The translations under genes and the position numbers were made by a program. DNA of 64,000 nt from IMG/VR virus record IMGVR_UViG_3300048577_000133, positions 1-64,000 of that record; one strand, given 5' to 3'. This stretch comes from a virus. Shown piece after piece: positions 52,300-62,226 of this stretch (the stretch's first letter is position 1; the number at the start of each line of letters is the position of its first letter). The notes beneath the pieces are model-generated. The model saw only the letters and a list, made by a program, of their open reading frames with translations. It made no database searches and was not told the DNA's origin.

Positions 52300-54408
52300 C
52301 TAAAATAATTGCAAAGTTTTTGTTTCACTGTTTACATGATTAAATGATTTAGATTTTAATACCTCGTATTCAGGAATTTCAGCGTTGTCCGATTTTAAAT
52401 TGCTTCCAACGATAAGCTTTGTCAAATCATCAACCATGTTGGTTTCAATTTCTCCACTACTACCGGTGGCTGCTTTACCTGCCTGTCGTTTTGCATCGAT
52501 AATACTGTACATGTGATCATCAACCGTATCGCGGCCTAATAAGTAATAAATATTTACCATGTCTTTTTGTCCAATACGGTGAATCCTGTCCTCTGCCTGA
52601 TCTTCCATCGCTGCCGTCCAGCTCAATTCAAGCTTTACCATTTTTGAGGCCGCTGTCAAAGTGTGGCCGGCATATCCCTTTTTATAGCTACAAACGATAA
52701 TACGGTACTTTTCATCGTTCTGGAACAACTTTTTATTCTTGTCAATTTCTTCCGGGGTATTGTCGCCGTATATGGTCAAAACATTCGGGAATAATTCTTT
52801 TATCTTATTGATAGTGTTCTTGTACCAACAGAAAACCACCAGTTTTTCATGTTCAATAATTCTACCTGCAAAGTCCTTGAATGCTTCAAATTTTCCCTCA
52901 GAACTTATCTGAGCCAATACCCTGAACCTGGAAAGAAGTTCAGCTCTCATACTTGATGCGATATTTTCCGGATCAACTTTTTGACTTGCTAAATAATCCT
53001 GAAGCGATATAAACGCGTGATCGTACTCGGCCCTGTTGGATATGTCGATGTGAATAATCTGTCTTAATTTATCAGGTAAATCTTTTAATACCTGGAATTT
53101 TTCACGTCTTATAAAACATAGCGAACGCAATTTAATGTTCAGCGCGGCCAGATCGGAATTTCCTGAGTTGTTATTTCCACTGTCGAAATAGCCTTTCTTC
53201 ATATCTTTAGCGGCTTTCACAAATCTATACATACCTCCGAACTCATCAATTCTATTTGATAGTTCGAGCAATGAAGCAATGTCCTGAGCGGTGTTAACAA
53301 ACGGCGTTCCAGTTAGCGGAAATACATGCTTTTTACCCTTTGTTACCGCTCTGACGGTTTTGTATCTTACTGTTTTGTGGTTCCTCAATTCATGAGCTTC
53401 GTCAATAATCACACACTTGAATATCTCGTGCATTTTGTTCATGATTACCGACTTCCTTACCTTTCCTTTATTTGCTCCTTCCTTTATCTCAACCTCTTTA
53501 ACTTCATCACAAAAAAGCGTTTTAACTCCATCATAGTTAATAATAGCAAAATCGCACATGCCTAAATTCACAAAGTTTTCAAGGCTCTTTATGTTTTTCT
53601 GATTAAGCAACAACGGTTTTTTGTTTGTGAATTTCTTCACTTCGTCGTACCAGTTACCCATAAGCGATTTTGGACATATAACCAATACCGGAAAAGCATT
53701 TAACCCATAAGCTGCGCCTATGCCTTGAATGGTCTTGCCTAGTCCCATATCATCAGCATTGATACACGATTCGTTTTTCATCATGTAGTCAATACCTGAA
53801 CTCTGAAATGGAAAAGGTTTTAGTTTAAAAGGTATGTTCAATTCTATTTCTTCAGCACTATATGAAGCTTCGTAGTTATTTTCAATCCCGTTGAACATGC
53901 GTTGTGCCGACGAACCAATATTGAAATTGTTCTTTTCGGCAAATGCCTTTAGTTCTTTTGTTGAAGTCAACGGAAAAAACCACTGTTTTGAATCAGGCGA
54001 ATATTTTCCATCCGGTACCGCTTTCACCTGTGCAACCAACAAGCTGCTGTATGAAAACTCGACAATGTATTTTTCGCCATTGTAAGCAACCGATTTTGAA
54101 ACTTGATTATGGAATTGCTGATAACTCTGAGTCTGTGCAGCAAGTTTAACCGGTGGAACGGTGCTAAATTCAAATCCAACTCTTTTAAGTATCGTTGAAT
54201 ATCCTTTTAGGTAGTTGTATAGCCTGAAAGCCTCCTGCTCGGTCATAACCGGGTTATGCCTTACCTTCTTTAAAAATTTTGCTGTGTTTTCTGAAAGTGA
54301 ACTAACAGAAAGAATGTTGCGTTCAAAAAGGTTTCTGTACGCCTCCAGTGCTTTTCTTAACTCCCGGTGTGTAACGGTTGTGTAAGTCGTTTGTGTGTTT
54401 TGTTCCAT
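52300..54408 (-). CDS. SNF2-family helicase (702 aa)
   Basis: DDMGLGKTIQ, IIDEAHELRN, LTGTPFVN and QAEDRIHRIGQ. Confidence 0.9.
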   Translation of the reverse strand: MEQNTQTTYTTVTHRELRKALEAYRNLFERNILSVSSLSENTAKFLKKVRHNPVMTEQEAFRLYNYLKGYSTILKRVGFEFSTVPPVKLAAQTQSYQQFHNQVSKSVAYNGEKYIVEFSYSSLLVAQVKAVPDGKYSPDSKQWFFPLTSTKELKAFAEKNNFNIGSSAQRMFNGIENNYEASYSAEEIELNIPFKLKPFPFQSSGIDYMMKNESCINADDMGLGKTIQGIGAAYGLNAFPVLVICPKSLMGNWYDEVKKFTNKKPLLLNQKNIKSLENFVNLGMCDFAIINYDGVKTLFCDEVKEVEIKEGANKGKVRKSVIMNKMHEIFKCVIIDEAHELRNHKTVRYKTVRAVTKGKKHVFPLTGTPFVNTAQDIASLLELSNRIDEFGGMYRFVKAAKDMKKGYFDSGNNNSGNSDLAALNIKLRSLCFIRREKFQVLKDLPDKLRQIIHIDISNRAEYDHAFISLQDYLASQKVDPENIASSMRAELLSRFRVLAQISSEGKFEAFKDFAGRIIEHEKLVVFCWYKNTINKIKELFPNVLTIYGDNTPEEIDKNKKLFQNDEKYRIIVCSYKKGYAGHTLTAASKMVKLELSWTAAMEDQAEDRIHRIGQKDMVNIYYLLGRDTVDDHMYSIIDAKRQAGKAATGSSGEIETNMVDDLTKLIVGSNLKSDNAEIPEYEVLKSKSFNHVNSETKTLQLF

Positions 54409-54691
54409 CTTCTTTATTTTCCGAAAAAAATACTTTTATCCTCTCTGGTGTGTTTGAAATGTAAACTTTCAAATCTGCATCTTTACGATTAGTAATTATC
54501 CAAACGTTTGTTGCTGTTTCATACTTATTTTTTGAAATAAATATGATGTAATTTGCAATAGCTCTGTTACTTGTATTATTTACACAAATATCAGCATCAG
54601 CGCGATTTTTGACAAAACAAACTTTTGTTGCCTGAACTTTTAAGGATAAAAGTATAAAAATGATTATTGTGAATAATTTATATGCACTCAT
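54323..54691 (-). CDS. Small secreted protein with internal NR-x-DAD repeats (122 aa from ATG 54691)
   Basis: Signal peptide MSAYKLFTIIIFILLSLKVQA. Repeats KNRADADICV and TNRKDADLKVY. The 3' end overlaps the SNF2 start by 86 nt. Confidence 0.5.
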   Translation of the reverse strand: MSAYKLFTIIIFILLSLKVQATKVCFVKNRADADICVNNTSNRAIANYIIFISKNKYETATNVWIITNRKDADLKVYISNTPERIKVFFSENKEDGTKHTNDLHNRYTPGVKKSTGGVQKPF

Positions 54692-54695
54692 AATT

Positions 54696-54719
54696 GCAAA
54701 TATAGTATTTATTTTTGTG
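54696..54719 (-). promoter_or_regulatory. Extended early/middle promoter motif copy
   Basis: gcaaatatagtatttatttttgtg. Confidence 0.7.
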
Positions 54720-54744
54720 TTTAAATTTAAAAACGTTTTTTTAA

Positions 54745-54779
54745 AATAAAAAAAGCCGGGGGTTACACACTCCCCCAGC
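54745..54779 (-). terminator. Rho-independent terminator (end of late/lysis unit)
   Basis: Minus strand GCTGGGGGAGTGTGTAACCCCCGGC followed by TTTTTTTATTTT. Confidence 0.8.
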
Positions 54780-54864
54780 AAACACACATTATTCACACTA
54801 AAATACACCATTATTATTGAATGATGAGTAAAATAGTATCACAAATATAACCTAATAAGTAATA

Positions 54865-55467
54865 TTAATCGATTCTATTTAAAACCCAACCATAAAAAAA
54901 CACTTCCTGAGTTTCATTTTTGACGCAAATATCTTTGTATTTGCAAAATTGAATTCCATTTAAAACTTTTAGCAAAACTTTTAATTTATCTGATTCAAGT
55001 CTTCCAGGTATGTTGAAATATGCTTTTAAAGCCGTTAATGTTCCTTGACCGATTACGCCATCTTCATCAATATTTTTGTAATATTTTTGATTTGAATTAA
55101 GAAAATTAAGAGATTGTTGAAAATATTTGCCAGAAGTGGCAGGCCCCTGATTAACTCCGGTATCAAATAATTCATCTGCAATTTCTTGATATAAAACATA
55201 ATCAAGATTTAATGAGTCCCAATGATTTTGTTTGTAAAAAGCATTTACCAAAAATGTTAATTCTTCGTTTTTGTTTAATGCTAAAATCAGTTCATTTTTT
55301 GCGACTGACGTTTTAATTTTATCAATTATTGACCATCCGGCCCATGTTGGATTTTTAATTCGAGAAATACCTTTCCAAGTTTCGCCTCCAGCATCGTTAG
55401 GATCATTACTGTATTCTCCTTCAGATGTTTTTGTTTTATTGTATGCAATATTAAAATCTGGGTTCAT
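54865..55467 (-). CDS. Endolysin, GH108 lysozyme with PG_binding_3-like C-terminus
   Basis: KTSEGEYSNDPNDAGGETWKGISR is the GH108 (PF05838) signature. The C-terminal end reads FFYGWVLNRI. Confidence 0.85.
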   Translation of the reverse strand: MNPDFNIAYNKTKTSEGEYSNDPNDAGGETWKGISRIKNPTWAGWSIIDKIKTSVAKNELILALNKNEELTFLVNAFYKQNHWDSLNLDYVLYQEIADELFDTGVNQGPATSGKYFQQSLNFLNSNQKYYKNIDEDGVIGQGTLTALKAYFNIPGRLESDKLKVLLKVLNGIQFCKYKDICVKNETQEVFFYGWVLNRID

Positions 55468-55468
55468 G

Positions 55469-56017
55469 TTAATTTTGTTTTTTAATTATTGATTGAATTT
55501 GAGAAATATTTCTTGTAAATAATTTTAAAATTTTGAAGTTATACCCAAGTCTTTCACAATTTTCATCTACTGAATGTGTTTCCCACTTAAGAATAAAAAT
55601 TAACAAAGTGAAATGTATCAATTTCATTGGAATGTCAAGAAAATCAAGACCTTCATTTATTATATGTTTTCTTAGACTTAACGATACTGCAAGAAAAACT
55701 AAGTAACTTCCAAGTTTAAAAACCCAACCTAAAGCCTTTTTTGAGCTAAATACATCTTTAATCGGTCTTTGTTCTTTTTCCGCTTTTATTTTTTCTTCAT
55801 GTTTTGATGCAGCAAGTCCAGTTTTATAATCAGTTATCATTATCAAGAATAAAAGAAAAAATAAGACTACTGATATTCCAAGAAAATCATTACTGAATTT
55901 TGTCAACGCAGAAATAATAGTTGTTGCAACTGAAAAGATGAAAGAAACTAAAAGCGATATTTTTGTCTCTTGTTTTGAAAAATCAAACAGTTTTGCTACA
56001 AAAAAATAATGTTCCAT
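55469..56017 (-). CDS. Putative holin (multi-TM, 182 aa)
   Basis: Four hydrophobic segments. MITDYKTGLAAS resembles the D-x-x-TG motif of phage_holin_4 families. Adjacent to the endolysin. Confidence 0.55.
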   Translation of the reverse strand: MEHYFFVAKLFDFSKQETKISLLVSFIFSVATTIISALTKFSNDFLGISVVLFFLLFLIMITDYKTGLAASKHEEKIKAEKEQRPIKDVFSSKKALGWVFKLGSYLVFLAVSLSLRKHIINEGLDFLDIPMKLIHFTLLIFILKWETHSVDENCERLGYNFKILKLFTRNISQIQSIIKKQN

Positions 56018-56044
56018 TCCAGAAAGTGTTAAATTAAAATTTGA

Positions 56045-56986
56045 TTAACGCTTTAATTTACTTATTGCAACAACAGTTGCTTCAATTGTATTTGCCCATG
56101 TTTTTCCAAAATCAGAACTTAATCGTGAACCAAAAGAATCTGGTGCAAACAAATATTTTCCGTCATATGAAAAACCTTGTTTATTAAACGATAAATTATA
56201 GTTGTTAAAAAAAGTTTGTCCATAATCAGAACTTAATTTTTGATGTTCTACAGAACCTATACTTGCAGGACAAATCGCTTGATATTTTGCATTTCCGGAC
56301 ATTGCAACATGTAGTGCATCAGTGTAATAAATGTTTAAATAATTAAGTCCGCCGTTAACACTTATTAATGAATAATCTGATTGATCTTGTGCAATAAGTC
56401 TGTTTATTCCATCAGAGCTTATTGCGCAATCATTATAATAAGCTATTGTATTAATTTCAATTGACCAATTTTGTCCGTAATCAATTGATTTATAAAATTT
56501 TCCATTATAAACACCAGCGATCAAATTTTGTCCATTTGCATCGCAAGCTATGCAAGACCACGTTGTTGAAATAAAAACTGCTTGCCAAGTTGTTCCAAAA
56601 TCTTCGGACCTATGTATTTGTCCTGAATTGGAACAAACAAATTGATATTTACCGTCATAACTCATACAACAAGAACTCCAAAAATTTTGAATTATATGTT
56701 TTGTAAAAGTATTTCCACCATTTTGAGAAGTATAAATAAAACCAGGTGAAGTTCCGCCTCCACTTGTAGGAACAAGTGAGGCTGCAAGTATTATTTGTCC
56801 GTTTGAACTTATTTCAAGACAATTAAATCGTTCAAGAGGAAGATCAAGATAATTCCATGTTTTTCCATAATCTTTTGATAAAAAAACTTTTGCACCGTCT
56901 GCATATATAGCTTTTGATGCAAGCATAAATTTGCCGTCAATGCTTTTTTTATTTTTTATAATTCTGTTTCCAACTCCAGGTATCAT
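56045..56986 (-). CDS. BNR/Asp-box repeat beta-propeller protein (distal tail fibre / receptor-binding candidate)
   Basis: Seven Asp-boxes: SKDYGKTW, SQNGGNTF, SEDFGTTW, SIDYGQNW, SVNGGLNY, SSDYGQTF, SSDFGKTW. Confidence 0.75.
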   Translation of the reverse strand: MIPGVGNRIIKNKKSIDGKFMLASKAIYADGAKVFLSKDYGKTWNYLDLPLERFNCLEISSNGQIILAASLVPTSGGGTSPGFIYTSQNGGNTFTKHIIQNFWSSCCMSYDGKYQFVCSNSGQIHRSEDFGTTWQAVFISTTWSCIACDANGQNLIAGVYNGKFYKSIDYGQNWSIEINTIAYYNDCAISSDGINRLIAQDQSDYSLISVNGGLNYLNIYYTDALHVAMSGNAKYQAICPASIGSVEHQKLSSDYGQTFFNNYNLSFNKQGFSYDGKYLFAPDSFGSRLSSDFGKTWANTIEATVVAISKLKR

Positions 56987-58266
56987 AAGCTTTTCATAAT
57001 TGTTGTCAATAATTTTTCATTGTTTGGTGTTGAATCAATACAAAGCATATTTACATAGTATTTTCCAGTGTTTTCAAATATTTCATTACCATCAACAAAC
57101 TCGTGTTTTGAACTATTTGCAAATGATGGTATAAATCCATTTGTAGAAATAATTAACAAATAGGATTTATTTAATTCAAAACCATTGAAAATAAAAGCTG
57201 TGTTTGCTGTTAATGTAATTGTACCAATTGCATTAGCAGAAAGGTCTATTGTATTTGTTACAATAGATTTATTTTTAAGTGAATTTGAAACTTTATTGTA
57301 AGAAACAGATAAATCTGTTGGAATTCTTTGATCTGTAAGTCTTGTGTCTGTATTTAAAACTCTTGCTGCAAGAGCATTAAATACAGTATCTTTAAAATTT
57401 GGATCATTATTTATTGCTGTTGCAATTTCATTAATTGTATCTAAAGCTGCTGGAGCATTAGCAATTAGCGCTGCAACAACAGCTTTTACAAAAGCAGTAT
57501 TTGCTATTTGTGTATTATTGCTATTTATTAAAGGTGTTGGAACTGTTGGTGTTCCACTAAAAGATGGACTTTCTATATTTGCTTTTGAAGAAACATCAGC
57601 AACTGGAATTGTTATATTTTGGACACTCCATCCTGCCGTTGAACTGTATTTTATGATTGCCAATTCGGAGGTCACAACAACATTACCAGCATTGGTATAT
57701 GTGCCTTTTTCCACCGCCTGAAAGTAGATAACTCCTTTACTTGGGATAGATGGAATCATTGATTTAGTCAGGCCTCCCCTATAACTACCACCTCCCAAAA
57801 GTGCATCTTCGAAATAAGAAGAAACAGAAATAGCTCCTGAATTTACATCGACAATAAATAATCTTTCCTTTTGTCCCGACATTAAGTTAGCAACCCAGAT
57901 AAATGTTTGCTGAGTTTCCGCATCAACAAAAAAATCTGGCCGGACCGGTGCAGCCCCTGATTGAATTAGCCATAGCCCATTTTCAGACGGTGCAACTTGC
58001 CCGGACAAAAGAATAATGTCATCTTCATATAAAACGGTTTCGTTAACCGTTGCCCCCGCAATCATTGTTCCTAATGCGGTATTTGTCGTGAAATTCCACC
58101 TTGCTGTTTTTGTAGCTCTTTTGTTCAATTCCCGAGAAACAGAAATACTATCATTAAGTATATTCTTCATCCTTGGCGCCGTGATGTATCCAACGATATT
58201 TTCAAATATGTTCTCGTTAATATTTGCCACAAGAGTAGCAAGCTTTTTACTGAACAAACTTTTCAT
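56983..58266 (-). CDS. Tail fibre protein (427 aa)
   Basis: NTQIANTAFVKAVVAALIANAPAALDTINEIATAINNDPNF is the common tail-fibre collar motif. Confidence 0.65.
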   Translation of the reverse strand: MKSLFSKKLATLVANINENIFENIVGYITAPRMKNILNDSISVSRELNKRATKTARWNFTTNTALGTMIAGATVNETVLYEDDIILLSGQVAPSENGLWLIQSGAAPVRPDFFVDAETQQTFIWVANLMSGQKERLFIVDVNSGAISVSSYFEDALLGGGSYRGGLTKSMIPSIPSKGVIYFQAVEKGTYTNAGNVVVTSELAIIKYSSTAGWSVQNITIPVADVSSKANIESPSFSGTPTVPTPLINSNNTQIANTAFVKAVVAALIANAPAALDTINEIATAINNDPNFKDTVFNALAARVLNTDTRLTDQRIPTDLSVSYNKVSNSLKNKSIVTNTIDLSANAIGTITLTANTAFIFNGFELNKSYLLIISTNGFIPSFANSSKHEFVDGNEIFENTGKYYVNMLCIDSTPNNEKLLTTIMKSL

Positions 58267-59075
58267 TAAATGATTATTGAGTTGTTAAAATGAACTTTTT
58301 TACCCGTAGTGCCTGAGGCAACGCTCATAACATTTCCTGATATTATTATCATTTCAGGGCTATATGCTCCTGATATTTCTGTTAATGAAACAAATTTACA
58401 ATCAGAAATGTGCTTTTTAAAAGTTAGTAAGACCGTAGCGTTTGTTATTGCTGTGATTATCCCTGTAATCTTTAATTGTCCATCTTTCAATATTATTGAA
58501 AGTCCATTTGCAATAACGGATCCTAATACATAATCAACTCCTTCTGTTAGTTCGTATGAATACGCTTTGTTTCGCAAGACATTCCTGTCAAAATATGAAT
58601 ATCCTGCAACAAGAGCCGAAGCTCCTGCCTGAACATATAGGCTTCCTATTACAATTTGAGTGTTTTCGTTAAGCAACGCAGGTGTTTCAGGAATCTCTGC
58701 CGGTGTTCCTTTAATTACCATATACACAGCTGTCGAACCTCCCTCAATATTGATGTAATTATGATCTAATACGATCAGATCGATTCGAGGATTAGATGAA
58801 TATTCGTTTGTATCAATTGATACAGAAATATGTTCATTTTCTTTAATTGTTAATCCTTGTTTTGAAAGAATTACTCCAATTCCATTTGATAAAACAGCTG
58901 CGGAATCAATTTCTTTATGAACTTGTTTTTGATCATGCCTTAACAATAGATTTAACCCCGAAAATTCAGGATAAAAGCCATGTATCACTCCCGGCTCAAA
59001 GAATGAAAGCATCCAGCTATTTAAGTCAGCAGTGCTATCATTTGATTTATATTCAAAACTCCTTTTTTGAGTCAT
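58266..59075 (-). CDS. Hypothetical tail fibre / baseplate-attached protein (269 aa)
   Basis: Called by position only. Confidence 0.4.
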   Translation of the reverse strand: MTQKRSFEYKSNDSTADLNSWMLSFFEPGVIHGFYPEFSGLNLLLRHDQKQVHKEIDSAAVLSNGIGVILSKQGLTIKENEHISVSIDTNEYSSNPRIDLIVLDHNYINIEGGSTAVYMVIKGTPAEIPETPALLNENTQIVIGSLYVQAGASALVAGYSYFDRNVLRNKAYSYELTEGVDYVLGSVIANGLSIILKDGQLKITGIITAITNATVLLTFKKHISDCKFVSLTEISGAYSPEMIIISGNVMSVASGTTGKKVHFNNSIII

Positions 59076-59104
59076 TTTGTTTTATGTTTGTATTCTTATT
59101 ATAA

Positions 59105-59137
59105 TAAAAAAAGCACTCATGATAAAGTGCTTTTTTT
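59105..59137 (-). terminator. Bidirectional-looking terminator
   Basis: A8-AGCACTCATGATAAAGTGCT-T7. Confidence 0.7.
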
Positions 59138-59153
59138 ATTATAAATTAATTTA

Positions 59154-59852
59154 TTACGATAGTTTAAATGGAAATGTGTAAGGGAAAGAGTTATTGTCAT
59201 TATCTACAACCGTAGCGTTTCCATTGCCAAATGACTTGGCAAATGAATCACTATACGAACGGCCTGCATTAACTTCTGATGCTCCCATTTCTGCACCGTT
59301 GTAGGTCAAGGAAAGTACATAACAATCAAGTGGAAGGTTATAATATATGACATTGTATATCATGTTCATAATCTCAACAGTTAACTTTTTTGTACATTTA
59401 AGGCCAATATTCAATCCCGAATAATTGCCTTTATAACTGTCAAAAGTCCTAATACCATCATGTTTATAATTTGAACTGTCAAATCCTCCTTCGTATCGGT
59501 CCCATGTAATTGAAATTTCGCTATCAATACCGATAATTCTAAATAGTATGTGAAATCCTGCTTTTGTGCCTTTAATGCGCTGGAATTTATCAAAAAAACG
59601 GTAACTCGTTCGAATCATTGAATCATCCGTTGACAAGTAAGGTGCCTTTAATTCTGATATTCTTATATCTACGTATTTTTTGTTTGCTGTTTTCCAGGAC
59701 AAAACATTATTGAATGCTTCATGTAAAAGCGTATATTCATTTTCGTCAAAATCTTCAGCAAGGATTTCATTAAATTCTTTAAGAAATCCGTTGTCTTTGT
59801 AATTGTCCCTTAGTCCAAACAAATCGGCAATTATTGTTTTTATTCCGATCAC
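59154..59852 (-). CDS. Hypothetical baseplate protein (gpI-position, 232 aa)
   Basis: GTG start overlaps the TAG of the J-like gene. Called by position only. Confidence 0.35.
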   Translation of the reverse strand: MIGIKTIIADLFGLRDNYKDNGFLKEFNEILAEDFDENEYTLLHEAFNNVLSWKTANKKYVDIRISELKAPYLSTDDSMIRTSYRFFDKFQRIKGTKAGFHILFRIIGIDSEISITWDRYEGGFDSSNYKHDGIRTFDSYKGNYSGLNIGLKCTKKLTVEIMNMIYNVIYYNLPLDCYVLSLTYNGAEMGASEVNAGRSYSDSFAKSFGNGNATVVDNDNNSFPYTFPFKLS

Positions 59853-61840
59853 TATACACCTCCAATTATTGTAATATCAATATCTTCTGCATATGAAACA
59901 ACTGCTGAATTTTCCATCAACGAGATGACTCCTCCATTTTTTGTAAAATCTGGATAAGTAAAAAATTGCCATCTGTTATTTTGTATGTAATTTTCTTTAA
60001 TTGTAAATGTTATCTCATCGATTGTATTTTCCTCATTTACATTAAAAGTTCCTTTATAAACATTGTTTTTATACAGCGCAAAAGACGACTGTGTTGAAAA
60101 AACAATTAACCATTTATTTGTAACAACAGGAGTTGAAATTAAAGATATAGTCCAATTTAATTGTGTTTCATTTTGATCAATAGGTTCTGGGTATGGGATA
60201 CAAGTTATTTTATCAATGTTTGTTCCTGAAATGCCAGTTATTGCCTCAATTTGTTCATATAAATCGCTGACATATCTATTTTGGTTAATTAATGCTTCTC
60301 TCCATCCAAAAATATTTGTTATTGCATTTTGGATACTTGTTTTTAATGAATCACGGTTATATCCAGATTTTGCATATGCCGTAATTTTTATTAAAGTTTT
60401 TATTTCTCCTGAAGGTAAAATATCCAGATCATAGCCAACGGTTATTTTATTGCTTTCAAGATAAGAATAAACATAGTTAAGAAAATAATCTCCAGCAATT
60501 CCGCCACCATAAGGATAAACATAAATGCGTAAATTCTTATCTTTATTGTAATCAACTTTATTGGAAAGAACTCCTGGAATTAAAGATACAACGTCTGTAA
60601 AATCTGGTTCTGTAACTGCTCTTCCTCTACTGCTTATTTTTGCAGGGATAGATTTTTTTATTGAAGATATTGATTCTAGGTCTTTTCCTCCTTGAAATCT
60701 ATACTCATTTTTTACATATAAAATTACTCCATCTGGCAAAGTAATATCATCATCAATTATATTAATTTTATTTGAGGGAACATTTCCCAAATCTCCATTT
60801 GAAGATTTATAATTTATTGTAATTGTCGATCCTGAAGAAGGAATAGAACCGTTTTTGCCGTCTCCAAAAGTTAATTTCATTGTTCCATTTTCGGAAGCTG
60901 AAAAAAGAAAAACGTTTGAACCATAACCTTCTGATCCACCTGAAAAATTAGATATGTTTAAAATATTAATTGTTCCGGTAACAGTTGCAGAAATTATTTT
61001 TTCATTTAACAAAGTTCCAAAATCGGAACCTTGCAATATTACCATTTTGCTATTTGATGTGGCAATTATTCCAAAATCATTTGTTTGCGTGTTGATTCCT
61101 GCTGCAATAGCTGCTGCTGTAGAAACTTGATCTACGTAGTTAACCGGATTAGGTAAAATGTTTACGCCATCAATTTTAATTTCAGTTATTACAGAACCAG
61201 CAAGACCTAACCCAATTTCAAAATATCCTACTGATTTTGCTTGTTGTTCTGTTTTGTTATATAAACTATCAACTTCAATATACTGAGTTTCATTTACAAA
61301 TACTTGCAAACTTTTTTCTGCCGTATTTGCAGGCATATTTATTGTAAAATTTTTAATCCCGGTTGAAATAGTAATTATTGGGTCAGCGTCAACCCATTGT
61401 TTTGCAGAAACAATGCAATTTAATTGACCCGGGCTAATTACTCCAGCGGATAATGTGACAAACTTAATATCATCGGCTGTTGAAAGTATAGTTCCTTTAG
61501 GGATTGTTATTATTTCTGAAGAAATGGAATTGATATAAAATTTAACTTTTCCTAGCGATGGCACTGTTCCATGAATTCTGTAGTCAAACATTTCTGCAAA
61601 ACTTACCATTGACTTAAATTTCTTTGCATAAGAATAGAAAAATTCACGAACGTAATTATCAATATAATAGCCAATTTGTTCACCTAAATTTCCCCAAATT
61701 TCAATAAATTTTACAAATGGATTTGATTCTGAAAAATCTGTCATATCAGATAAAACACCTTCTTCTTGTTGCTGAATCTTGTTTTTTATCGACTCAACCA
61801 TTTGCTCTGACGTCCTATCTGTATAACCAAACCATTTCAT
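59852..61840 (-). CDS. Baseplate J-like wedge protein (662 aa)
   Basis: Size and position immediately after the gp25/W-like gene. Confidence 0.55.
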   Translation of the reverse strand: MKWFGYTDRTSEQMVESIKNKIQQQEEGVLSDMTDFSESNPFVKFIEIWGNLGEQIGYYIDNYVREFFYSYAKKFKSMVSFAEMFDYRIHGTVPSLGKVKFYINSISSEIITIPKGTILSTADDIKFVTLSAGVISPGQLNCIVSAKQWVDADPIITISTGIKNFTINMPANTAEKSLQVFVNETQYIEVDSLYNKTEQQAKSVGYFEIGLGLAGSVITEIKIDGVNILPNPVNYVDQVSTAAAIAAGINTQTNDFGIIATSNSKMVILQGSDFGTLLNEKIISATVTGTINILNISNFSGGSEGYGSNVFLFSASENGTMKLTFGDGKNGSIPSSGSTITINYKSSNGDLGNVPSNKINIIDDDITLPDGVILYVKNEYRFQGGKDLESISSIKKSIPAKISSRGRAVTEPDFTDVVSLIPGVLSNKVDYNKDKNLRIYVYPYGGGIAGDYFLNYVYSYLESNKITVGYDLDILPSGEIKTLIKITAYAKSGYNRDSLKTSIQNAITNIFGWREALINQNRYVSDLYEQIEAITGISGTNIDKITCIPYPEPIDQNETQLNWTISLISTPVVTNKWLIVFSTQSSFALYKNNVYKGTFNVNEENTIDEITFTIKENYIQNNRWQFFTYPDFTKNGGVISLMENSAVVSYAEDIDITIIGGV

Positions 61841-62226
61841 CTGTTTTCTCTATTTAGTGTAAATTCGTAATACGATTGTTGTTGTGTAATTAAATTTGTA
61901 TAATAAACATTTGCTACTATAGCATATTCTGAAATTGTAAAATTTATGCTAGATATTTTTATCCGTTTTTCCCATTTTTCAAGTGCTGATTCTATATAAT
62001 AATACAGCAGCGATTTTAAAACGCTGTCATTTTGTTCAAAAATAAGAAGATAGATATAACTACCATAATCTTCTCTTCCAAATCTAGTTGATATTGGAGT
62101 TTCAAGAATGTCTTGAATAGATTGTTTAATAAGCTCATCTTCTGAAACAGTATCAATGCTTCCATAAGCATTTGGTACAATTGGATATTTTGCAGCTACA
62201 TCCATACTATGAAATTGGTTTGACAA
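61837..62226 (-). CDS. gp25 / GPW-like baseplate wedge protein
   Basis: IQDILETPISTRFGREDYGSYIYLLIFEQND. Confidence 0.75.
   Translation of the reverse strand: MSNQFHSMDVAAKYPIVPNAYGSIDTVSEDELIKQSIQDILETPISTRFGREDYGSYIYLLIFEQNDSVLKSLLYYYIESALEKWEKRIKISSINFTISEYAIVANVYYTNLITQQQSYYEFTLNRENR

Noticed and set aside
54840-54864. -7-like box (minus strand TATATTTG, plus strand cacaaatataacc) just downstream of the endolysin stop as another promoter
   Set aside because: It lies upstream of the terminator at 54745-54779 with no ORF in between, and it lacks the extended motif. It is probably a chance match in AT-rich sequence.
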